From positions 1 to 19,341 of IMG/VR virus record IMGVR_UViG_2700989509_000025: a DNA stretch of 19,341 nt. One strand, 5' to 3'. Of this stretch, positions 6,825-13,882 are shown piece by piece. The notes beneath the pieces are model-generated. The model was not told where the DNA came from and did no database searches. It was given only the letters and a program-made list of their open reading frames with translations. Position numbers and translations under genes: made by a program. The stretch is from a virus. Taxonomy: Duplodnaviria; Heunggongvirae; Uroviricota; Caudoviricetes. How positions within the stretch are numbered: the stretch's first letter is position 1; each line of letters begins with the position of its first letter.

Positions 6825-7362
6825 GTTTAACTCGAACAGCTTCACGAAGCTCGCCAACATCCATACTATTGGCGAGTTTTGACCATAAGACGCGTTTAGG
6901 TTTATTTTTCAAATTCTGTAGCTCCCCTACATCACTTAATAGGGAAAGCAATTCATCTTTCCAAAGAAGCATTGTTAAGGAAAGTTTGTCCACTTGTGGA
7001 TTCAACTTGCTAGTTCGAATTGTTTTTAAATGGATACCTTGCCGTGCACCTTGCGTAACTTGCTTTATCCCCCACCATGATGGAACTATGCTTAAAGCAT
7101 CATAAAGATGGCAATCAGAGACAACCAAAGTTACTTTATCCATCACTGATGAGTAATGTTGCACCTGCGCTGGTAATCTGAGCAAGTTATCACTCTTGCT
7201 CTTCAACTCATAACCATGTATAAGCCCATTGATCACTGCTATATCAGCTCTGCTAGCCCCTAGATTCATCGTAAACTCATCAATGATTAGGGTGTCAGGA
7301 TCTTTATGATGATCTCTCAGAATCTTGGCATGCACAGCCTTTCTTACATCAATGTCTCTCAT
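6784..7362 (-). CDS. sce7726-type protein with PD-(D/E)xK-like nuclease motif; candidate defense component
   Basis: 192-aa ORF, AT-rich; contains D (in LIIDEF) followed about 20 aa later by E-L-K (GYELKSKSD), the spacing of PD-(D/E)xK cores; also WWGI and LLW blocks I associate with sce7726-type proteins. Weak RBS. Confidence 0.55.
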   Translation of the reverse strand: MRDIDVRKAVHAKILRDHHKDPDTLIIDEFTMNLGASRADIAVINGLIHGYELKSKSDNLLRLPAQVQHYSSVMDKVTLVVSDCHLYDALSIVPSWWGIKQVTQGARQGIHLKTIRTSKLNPQVDKLSLTMLLWKDELLSLLSDVGELQNLKNKPKRVLWSKLANSMDVGELREAVRVKLKARKEWRVAQQP

Positions 7363-7684
7363 ACCATAGTTGCGCTTTCATCGACTCTCTCAAGCCATGA
7401 TTCTATATCATGGTTCGCATGAATGCCATTTGATATGACCAGTGGTTAAACATTGCACAGAAAAGTGGATGTGTATTTTAACAAAAGCAATGACGGCTAA
7501 CCATGTTGGTATGTCGATAAAATGTTTCAACGTAAGCATTATCTGTTCCGCCCTTTCGGGCGGCCTCCTGATGTTCTGAGGGTGCAGAAATCCCTCCGGT
7601 TAAGGATTAAATTTTATTTACAGAACTGAATTTAATTATTCAGATATACGTATCTGTAACCTTACTAACCTACTCACTGGATGC

Positions 7685-8158
7685 CTATTTCATAAAAATA
7701 ATCCAGTGGGTTTTATCGTTTTTTCCTGTTCGTTGACCGATAACAGGTTTTCTGTCGGTCAGTGCCAATATCTGGCGAACAGGTATTTGCGTTTCATTCC
7801 ATTTAAAAATCAGAACGCCGTATGGACGCAACACACGAAAGGCTTCTTTAAATCCCTGCCGCAAATCATCACGCCAGGTATCTTTATTCAGCCGTCCATA
7901 TTTCTTTCCCATCCAGGCGTTATCACCAACACGCTCAAGATGCGGAGGATCGAATATAACCATCGAAAAAGATGCGTCTGCAAATGGTAGTGCACGAAAA
8001 TCAGCTATCAGATCAGGACTGATAATCAGGCGTCGTCCATCACACAATGTGTGCTCTTCCTTTCTGATATCGCTAAATATCGCCCGGTCGTCATTCTTAT
8101 CGAACCAGAACATGCGACTGCCACAGCACATATCAAGAATGGTTGCCGGTGCACTCAC
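7685..8158 (-). CDS. Small phage DNA methyltransferase (Dam-like, N6-adenine or N4-cytosine class)
   Basis: 157-aa ORF with GTG start preceded by AGGAGG; motif I-like ILDMCCGSR and motif IV-like VIFDPPHL; GTGA overlap with upstream gene. Confidence 0.65.
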   Translation of the reverse strand: MSAPATILDMCCGSRMFWFDKNDDRAIFSDIRKEEHTLCDGRRLIISPDLIADFRALPFADASFSMVIFDPPHLERVGDNAWMGKKYGRLNKDTWRDDLRQGFKEAFRVLRPYGVLIFKWNETQIPVRQILALTDRKPVIGQRTGKNDKTHWIIFMK

Positions 8159-8571
8159 TGCGCTACCTCCTGAAAATTACCCTGATAGAAAGCCAGTACA
8201 CGCTGCATAGCTTCGCTCTTCCGGCACTCGCGACAGATTATATTCAGGCGCCTGTCGTAGCGGCGTATTTCTCCGTCTGGTAATGAATAAACCAGGTCCG
8301 GGTCGCTCTTTTTTTTCACTGCTGCTTTCGACATCTTTTTGCGGGCCTTTATCCAGTCCTTACGTGCCTGTTCAGACGGAAATAACCCGTAGCCGGAGTT
8401 GTATAAATCGCCACTGGCAACCAGCTCTCTGGCAAGAACACTCATCAGATATCTTGTCGCACCTGTCTTGGCTTCCAGTTGCCGTAACGTCTCGCGACCG
8501 CTCAGACGTACAAGTTCAACAACCTGCCCTTTAATTTTTTCCCGCTCTTCTGGTGTAAATACTTTTGCCAT
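8155..8571 (-). CDS. Phage hypothetical protein
   Basis: Track ORF 8155..8586 uses TTG; preferred start is ATG at 8571 preceded by GGAGG (8 nt); 138 aa, basic, C-terminal ICRECRK. Confidence 0.55.
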   Translation of the reverse strand: MAKVFTPEEREKIKGQVVELVRLSGRETLRQLEAKTGATRYLMSVLARELVASGDLYNSGYGLFPSEQARKDWIKARKKMSKAAVKKKSDPDLVYSLPDGEIRRYDRRLNIICRECRKSEAMQRVLAFYQGNFQEVAQ

Positions 8572-8586
8572 AAGCGCCTCCGGCAA

Positions 8587-9357
8587 TCACTTTTCCGATA
8601 CAACACGGCGGGAAGAATCAGTAATCTGTCGAACAATATCCCGGTGCTTGTTCAGCTCCCGCAGCGCGGCGCAGACTCGCTCCCACTTCTGAACATCACT
8701 TTTCGCCCTGCGCAGCGCCAGGTTTGCCCTGCGAAGGGACGGAAAAATCAGCTCATCTGCTTGCGTTTCGGTAAACGATGGCAACGGCTGCACAATGTCC
8801 GCCACAGTTTCTGTTTTAATTTCTTCCTGTGTTGCGGCTTCCCGGACTGGTAACGCAGCACCTGCTGGCTGAGGAAAGGCCTTACCATCACTTTCCGTTA
8901 CCAGCGCGGCTTTCGGCTCTGCTGGTAAATTATCGCCCGGCATGCAGTAACGAAATCTACCGTTCTGATTAACGCGTGCCAGCCGCCCCGTTGCGGTTAC
9001 CACCGCCAGCGTGGAAGCAACCTTGCGAGTACTGACACCGAACTTACCCGCTATTTCTTCACAGGTTTTAGCCCCCTCCTGAGCGATAAACTCAATCATC
9101 ATGTTAGCGCTAACTTTTGGAGCGACCTCTTCGGTCAGCATATCCTGTGTTTCAGATTTTACTGGCCGCTCTTCGGTTACCCGGGATTCACCTTCGACAG
9201 CCAGAAACCAGGTGTGACCCGTTTTATCAACAACGCCATTTTTTTTGAGCTCCCACAGTTCGTTGATAACTTCTTCACGGCTGATATCAATTCGTGCCGC
9301 CAGTTCAACAGAATTGGCTTTTCCCATCGCTTTCAGTGCATGTAATACGGTTTCCAT
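8587..9357 (-). CDS. Phage protein with N-terminal winged-helix-like domain (possibly DUF1627-type)
   Basis: 256-aa ORF, SD GAGGTGA 8 nt upstream; N-terminus METVLHALKAMGKANSVELAARIDISREEVINELWELKKNG looks like a wHTH. Confidence 0.55.
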   Translation of the reverse strand: METVLHALKAMGKANSVELAARIDISREEVINELWELKKNGVVDKTGHTWFLAVEGESRVTEERPVKSETQDMLTEEVAPKVSANMMIEFIAQEGAKTCEEIAGKFGVSTRKVASTLAVVTATGRLARVNQNGRFRYCMPGDNLPAEPKAALVTESDGKAFPQPAGAALPVREAATQEEIKTETVADIVQPLPSFTETQADELIFPSLRRANLALRRAKSDVQKWERVCAALRELNKHRDIVRQITDSSRRVVSEK

Positions 9358-9382
9358 CGAAAATTCACCTCGTTAAAAATTC

Positions 9383-10123
9383 TCACATACCCTGACGTCC
9401 AACGTTTGACCGCCAGCTCTCCCAGTTAAAATTCACCCAACGACCACCGTTCATGGTCATCCGGTCCATAATCCTCTCACCAAGAAGCGTGCTCATTGCG
9501 GCATGATTCAGGTTTGTCAGCATCCCGACACTGCGCAGTGATGCCGTCCGGCGGTCAACAATCTGGTGCAGTACCACCTGCTCGTTTTTCGTCTCACGCT
9601 GGATGCCAATTTCGTCAAGAACCAGGAGGTCCACTTCGCACAGTTCACGCAAAAATTTTTCGCCTGACTGCCCGTCGTCATAGCTGGCGTGCAGGGCGCT
9701 CATAACATCAGCCACGGTAACCACAATCACTGTCTGACCGTCTTTCAACAGGCGATTCCCGATAGCTGCCGCTAAGTGATTCTTCCCGGTACCAGGTTTT
9801 CCGCTGAACGCAAAATTTGTACACCCGGTCATCAGTTCATCGGCGATGGATTTCGCCTGGCTTAACGCGTATCGCTGGCCGTCGTTCTGCACCTGGTAAT
9901 TCGCAAACGAGCATTTACGGTGCAACGGCTGGATGCCTGAGCGATTCAGAATTTTTTCCACCCGCAACTGACAATTCAGGCGGTTGATCTCCTCGCTACG
10001 TTTCTGGCCTTCAGCAAGTTGCCACTCGCGCCACTCCGCAACCGTTCTGAATGGGGCGGTTACATGTGGTGGGGTCAGTCTGCGGATACGCTCCAGAACG
10101 CCTCCTGTCGCAATATTTTTCAT
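9383..10123 (-). CDS. DnaC-like replicative helicase loader (IstB-like AAA+ ATPase; YdaV-like)
   Basis: 246-aa ORF with Walker A FSGKPGTGKNHLAAAIG and Walker B DLLVLDEIG; immediately follows the replisome-organizer gene. Confidence 0.8.
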   Translation of the reverse strand: MKNIATGGVLERIRRLTPPHVTAPFRTVAEWREWQLAEGQKRSEEINRLNCQLRVEKILNRSGIQPLHRKCSFANYQVQNDGQRYALSQAKSIADELMTGCTNFAFSGKPGTGKNHLAAAIGNRLLKDGQTVIVVTVADVMSALHASYDDGQSGEKFLRELCEVDLLVLDEIGIQRETKNEQVVLHQIVDRRTASLRSVGMLTNLNHAAMSTLLGERIMDRMTMNGGRWVNFNWESWRSNVGRQGM

Positions 10124-10129
10124 GGCCTG

Positions 10130-10918
10130 TTACCCCCTGAAGCCTGGCGGGATCGCACTGTCCGGCAACGAGACGGTGTTAACCTGTCGGAGCAACGTCT
10201 CAGGCCGAACACCTTTCGGTGCGAACAAGCCCTGGTATTCATTGGCAATGCTGTGTCGAATCACCTGCTCAGGTGTAAAACCCTGCTGACGGAATTTTTC
10301 CAGTTCCCGTATCGCCCCGTTAGCGCCCTGCTCCGTTCGAATCGGTTTTCGCAATGCCTGCCTGAACTGAACCCACTCATGCCAGAGTGTTTCCGGCAAC
10401 CAGTCAGGCAGCTCGATAGCCTCCGGCTCGAATTTTTTAGACGCTCGTTTTTGGCGAGGGGGATTTAGGGGGAGATCAGTATTTATATCTTCCTCTTCCT
10501 CTTCCTCTGGTAACGCTTTTTGATCCGTTTGTGTAACGCTGCCAGCGTTACCTTTTCGTTTCAGTTCGCGTATTTTTGTAACTCGCTCGTTTGTAACCGC
10601 CCGTTTTTTAGAGCTTTTTCCGTTATGACGTTCAAAGTTAGGTAGAGAAAGCCCACCGTCATTTTCGACCAGCCATCCAACCTGAATTAACGCATCAGCA
10701 AAACCAGCCATAAAAGTGATGCGATCTATTGCACTTTTTGTAACGCCGCGAGCGTTACAATCTGCATTACCGTCTATCATTTGTTGATCCGCCCATGCCC
10801 AGAAGCGAATAACCTTCCCTAATGCGGCATCTGGATCAATATTCAGAATCTCAGCAAGCCTGAATATTTCCGGCTTATCCGGCGTAATAACCTCGAGCTT
10901 TATCCAGTTTGAAGCCAT
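10130..10918 (-). CDS. Replication initiator / replisome organizer (lambda O-like function; YdaU-like)
   Basis: 262-aa ORF with acidic linker PEEEEEEDIN; position between cII-like gene and DnaC-like loader; contains two copies of a 19-bp palindrome, with a third just upstream. Confidence 0.65.
   Translation of the reverse strand: MASNWIKLEVITPDKPEIFRLAEILNIDPDAALGKVIRFWAWADQQMIDGNADCNARGVTKSAIDRITFMAGFADALIQVGWLVENDGGLSLPNFERHNGKSSKKRAVTNERVTKIRELKRKGNAGSVTQTDQKALPEEEEEEDINTDLPLNPPRQKRASKKFEPEAIELPDWLPETLWHEWVQFRQALRKPIRTEQGANGAIRELEKFRQQGFTPEQVIRHSIANEYQGLFAPKGVRPETLLRQVNTVSLPDSAIPPGFRG
10533..10551. repeat. 19-bp palindrome GTAACGC-N5-GCGTTAC, copy 1 (inside initiator gene)
   Basis: gtaacgctgccagcgttac; extra GTAAC half-sites at 10510..10516, 10578..10582, 10593..10597. 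Confidence 0.8.
10740..10758. repeat. 19-bp palindrome GTAACGC-N5-GCGTTAC, copy 2 (inside initiator gene)
   Basis: gtaacgccgcgagcgttac. Confidence 0.8.
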
Positions 10919-10931
10919 TTGTTTTCACCTT

Positions 10932-10950
10932 GTAACGCTCGCAGCGTTAC
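10932..10950. repeat. 19-bp palindrome GTAACGC-N5-GCGTTAC, copy 3 (noncoding, 14 nt upstream of initiator start, next to its SD)
   Basis: gtaacgctcgcagcgttac. Confidence 0.8.
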
Positions 10951-10995
10951 ATTTAACTGATACCGAACAAAACAATCCGGCACGATTAATTTCAA

Positions 10996-11418
10996 TCAAT
11001 GCACTACGACAGAATCGCCGGGCGACCCACCACCGCTGAAATGTGCTTTCCGGTAAACGGCCTGGACTGCATCATCATGCGCATCAATTGCCGTACTCAA
11101 CGCTTCCTGCGCCGCCAGTAATGCACGGCGTTCCAAGGTATCGAAGATGCAGAGTCGGTGACGCAGCTCGCGCGGAAGAATTGCCAGAACCGCAGGGATC
11201 AGTTTCTGAATTTTTTCCCTTTGCGCTTTCGTTTCACCTTTCAACCAACGGTGATAGATATTCTGCTGATTGTTCCAGTCCTTGCCTGGTACAAGGGGCA
11301 ATTCGCCGCCCCCCTGGCGCAGATATTCTTCAGTAATTGCGTTAGCGACCCACGCCTGCCCTTTTTCGGCTGCCAGGGCTAACAACACTGATTCGATGTG
11401 CTCATGCCTGATTTTCAT
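10996..11418 (-). CDS. YdaT-like protein (cII-position gene of Rac-type immunity region)
   Basis: 140-aa ORF directly downstream of cro-like gene with ATGA overlap; same position and size as recalled Rac ydaT. Confidence 0.6.
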   Translation of the reverse strand: MKIRHEHIESVLLALAAEKGQAWVANAITEEYLRQGGGELPLVPGKDWNNQQNIYHRWLKGETKAQREKIQKLIPAVLAILPRELRHRLCIFDTLERRALLAAQEALSTAIDAHDDAVQAVYRKAHFSGGGSPGDSVVVH

Positions 11419-11657
11419 GAATCAACCGCTCCTATGCTGTTTTCGCTATGCTTACCGTCTGGGGGGAATACATCGTCAAGTCCACAATGAGCGCCAAGCC
11501 GATTAAGGGTAGAAACAATTTTTCTGCACTCCTCTAGTCCAGGGGTACGAAAATTTGCTTCGTAATTTGCCAGTCGGCTTTGTATCCACCCTAACTGAAC
11601 AGCAAGTTGTCTTTGAGACAGCCCAAGCTGTTTTCGATATGTTGAAATTTTGTTCAT
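11415..11657 (-). CDS. Cro-like HTH regulator (YdaS-like)
   Basis: 80-aa ORF, HTH segment LGLSQRQLAVQLGWIQSRLANYE; SD GGAGG 7 nt upstream; divergent from repressor gene. Confidence 0.7.
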   Translation of the reverse strand: MNKISTYRKQLGLSQRQLAVQLGWIQSRLANYEANFRTPGLEECRKIVSTLNRLGAHCGLDDVFPPDGKHSENSIGAVDS

Positions 11658-11753
11658 TGAAAACCTCCGATGACAATTTTAAACACATCTTGTGTTATAT
11701 GGTCAAGCTGTTTTGTGTTTTGTGTAAATCACGATTCGTGATACAAGGATGCA
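11658..11753. promoter_or_regulatory. Divergent immunity promoter/operator region
   Basis: Minus-strand promoter TTGACC (11701..11706) with TAAAAT/TTAAAA around 11676..11682; palindromes AACACA-tct-TGTGTT (11682..11696) and ATCACGA-t-TCGTGAT (11728..11742). Confidence 0.55.
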
Positions 11754-12173
11754 ATGGAAAAAGAAAACGAAAAAATTGCCGCTAGTAGGCTCAATGACAA
11801 AATTGCAATGCGTCTTAAAGAGCGCAGGCAGAAGCTTGGTTTATCTCAAGGAAAACTTGCTGAAATCTGCGGATGGACGCAATCGCGTATAGGTAACTAT
11901 GAGGCGGGTAGCAGAAATGTTGGAGTGCATGACGCTGTCGTATTGGGAAAGGCACTTGGCATATCTCCTCCTGAGCTCCTCTTTGGAGAACAGGAATCTT
12001 CTGAATTGTGGTTAAATGAATCCCAACGAAAACTTCTTGAGTTGTTTAACCAGCTACCGGGCTCAGAACAACAACGAATGATTGAGCTATTTGAAGTCCG
12101 GCTAAAAGAAATCGATGAGTATGTAGAAAAATATTTGAGAGGCAGGCTTAAAGATAATCCCCCACCGGAGTAA
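11754..12173 (+). CDS. Prophage repressor, XRE-family HTH (RacR-position), no obvious S24 peptidase domain
   Basis: 139-aa ORF, HTH LGLSQGKLAEICGWTQSRIGNYEAG; SD AAGGA upstream; divergent from cro-like gene. Confidence 0.7.
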   Translation: MEKENEKIAASRLNDKIAMRLKERRQKLGLSQGKLAEICGWTQSRIGNYEAGSRNVGVHDAVVLGKALGISPPELLFGEQESSELWLNESQRKLLELFNQLPGSEQQRMIELFEVRLKEIDEYVEKYLRGRLKDNPPPE

Positions 12174-12203
12174 TGATCTTGCTATCACAGTAATATGCCA
12201 ATC

Positions 12204-12228
12204 AGCCCGCTATCAGCGGGCTTTTTTT
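12204..12228 (+). terminator. Intrinsic terminator after repressor gene
   Basis: AGCCCGC-tatca-GCGGGCT followed by TTTTTTT. Confidence 0.7.
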
Positions 12229-12270
12229 GTACCATCATCATATGACACCCACCACAAAACACATTTCGTG

Positions 12271-12299
12271 TTGACACAAGAAAACGCATTGTGTTTAAT
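12271..12299 (+). promoter_or_regulatory. PL-like early-left promoter with overlapping operator-like palindromes
   Basis: TTGACA (12271..12276) - 17 nt - TTTAAT (12294..12299); flanked by AACAC-atttc-GTGTT and ACACAAG...TTGTGT inverted repeats. Confidence 0.55.
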
Positions 12300-12479
12300 A
12301 AGCATATCCAAACAACGCCCCACCAGAGAACGGCAGGACAATACCTCGAGTTATCCAGCCACTGAACAGGGCTAAGTAGCCAGCCTGAGGCATACGAACA
12401 TGACGGCAGTTGTTGATTGATACAAAGCGCAGTAGATAAAACGTTCCGCCACCCGGCGTTAAGGGGAAATGAGGTCAAC

Positions 12480-12632
12480 ATGGATACTATCGATCTTGGC
12501 AACAACGAATCTCTGGTATGTGGCGTGTTTCCCAATCAGGACGGCACATTCACCGCCATGACGTATACCAAAAGCAAATCGTTTAAAACCGAAGCTGGCG
12601 CACGTCGCTGGCTTGCCAAAAATACCAGCTAA
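12480..12632 (+). CDS. Small early-left protein (YdaF-like)
   Basis: Internal ATG at 12480 of track ORF 12417..12632, preceded by GAGG; 50 aa MDTIDLGNNESLVCGVFPNQDGTFTAMTYTKSKSFKTEAGARRWLAKNTS. Confidence 0.45.
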   Translation: MDTIDLGNNESLVCGVFPNQDGTFTAMTYTKSKSFKTEAGARRWLAKNTS

Positions 12633-13040
12633 ACCATTTATTGGATTAATTCAATATTCTTGCTGTAGGGGTATAGCCGAGGCCACCAAAGCCCGGAGGT
12701 GGTGAAATAAAACCGGGCACAACACGAAGGCGCATTTCCGGTATCCATAAAGAGTCGGTCTTGTCTGTTAAATTTAAATGGTGGGAGTGCGCCTCCGGTT
12801 GTAAATAACGACATTGCTATGTGTAGTCTTTGGCGGCATCAGTTCTACTCCGTGGCTGCCCTGCCGCCCCTTTTTAAAGTGAATTTTGTGATGCGGTGAA
12901 TGCGGCTAAGCGCACGCGGCACAGTTAAAAGCATCAGTGTTATGGGTGGATTATCCGGCGTTAATTGTTAACTGGTTAACGTCACCTGGAGGCACCAGGC
13001 ACCGCATCGACAAAATTCATTTGTAAAAATGGAGATAATT

Positions 13041-13262
13041 ATGATTGCTCATCACTTCGGAACTGATGAAATACCACGTCAGTGTGTGACTCCTGGCGAT
13101 TATGTTCTTCATGAAGGTCGGACATATATCGCCTCGGCAAACAATATTAAAAAGCGAAAACTTTATATTCGTAGCCTGACTACAAAAACATGCATTTCTG
13201 ACTGCATGATTAGAGTCTTCCTCGGTCGTGATGGTTTACCTGTAAAGGCGGAGTCATGGTAA
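13041..13262 (+). CDS. kilR: KilR-like cell-division inhibitor
   Basis: 73 aa from ATG at 13041 (SD GGAG); [35 protein letters not shown]... matches recalled Rac KilR. Confidence 0.75.
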   Translation: MIAHHFGTDEIPRQCVTPGDYVLHEGRTYIASANNIKKRKLYIRSLTTKTCISDCMIRVFLGRDGLPVKAESW

Positions 13263-13432
13263 TGACTAAGAAAATAAAATGTGCTTATCACCTTTGCAAT
13301 AAAGAAATTGAAGAAAGCAAAATCATTACAAGACCACTTCATTTCATGCGTGGAGTTATACCAACGACGGAAATGAAAAAATATTGTAGTGAAATCTGTG
13401 CCGAAAAAGACCAGATGGCACACGAACTTTAA
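13262..13432 (+). CDS. YdaE-like small Cys-rich (zinc-binding) protein
   Basis: Hand-found 56-aa ORF (below track cutoff): [56 protein letters not shown]; start overlaps kilR stop (TAATG). Confidence 0.55.
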   Translation: MTKKIKCAYHLCNKEIEESKIITRPLHFMRGVIPTTEMKKYCSEICAEKDQMAHEL

Positions 13433-13506
13433 TTAACTGACTATCCGAAACTGAATTTATGCCAGCAATGGCAGGGATTCGCTCAACCTTAATTAAGGAG
13501 AAAAAC

Positions 13507-13782
13507 ATGATTACCAGTTATGAAGCCACTGTTGTTACTACTGATGACGTTGTTCACGAAGTTATCCTGGAAGGAAAACTCATTGGCTACGTGATTAAAA
13601 CAGAAAATAAAGAAACCCCATTCACCGTGGTTGATATCGACGGTCCATCAGGCAACGTTAAAACACTTCACGAAGGTGTAAAAAAAATGTGCATGGTGCA
13701 CATCATAAAGAATATTCCAGCAGAGAAAAAAGACAGGATTATGGCAACTCTGATTGAGATGGAACAAAAAGGCGAAATCTGA
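13507..13782 (+). CDS. racC: RacC-like protein
   Basis: 91 aa from ATG at 13507 preceded by AAGGAG; MITSYEATVVTTDDVVHEVILEGKLIGYVIK... matches recalled Rac RacC. Confidence 0.75.
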   Translation: MITSYEATVVTTDDVVHEVILEGKLIGYVIKTENKETPFTVVDIDGPSGNVKTLHEGVKKMCMVHIIKNIPAEKKDRIMATLIEMEQKGEI

Positions 13783-13882
13783 ATGGGAAAAAGGCCTGCA
13801 CTCAGCGCAGGCCTGAGTCAAGAACCCGGGACATTTATTCATCACTCGCAATAATTTTAATCTGAGTTGAGGTTAAAAAACA

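Noticed and set aside
7545-7566. Stem-loop CCGCCC-tttc-GGGCGG between methyltransferase and cargo genes
   Set aside because: No U-tract on either side, so not called a terminator; could be a structural element.
10480-10510. CTTCCTCTTCCTCTTCCTC microsatellite-like repeat
   Set aside because: It encodes the acidic EEEEEE linker of the initiator; a coding low-complexity tract, not a separate repeat element.
12185-12535. Minus ORF 12185..12535 (116 aa)
   Set aside because: It overlaps the repressor terminator, the PL-like promoter and the ydaF-like start; Cys/Trp-rich with no RBS.
13163-13423. Minus ORF 13163..13423 (86 aa)
   Set aside because: Antisense to kilR and ydaE, which are compactly arranged on the plus strand.
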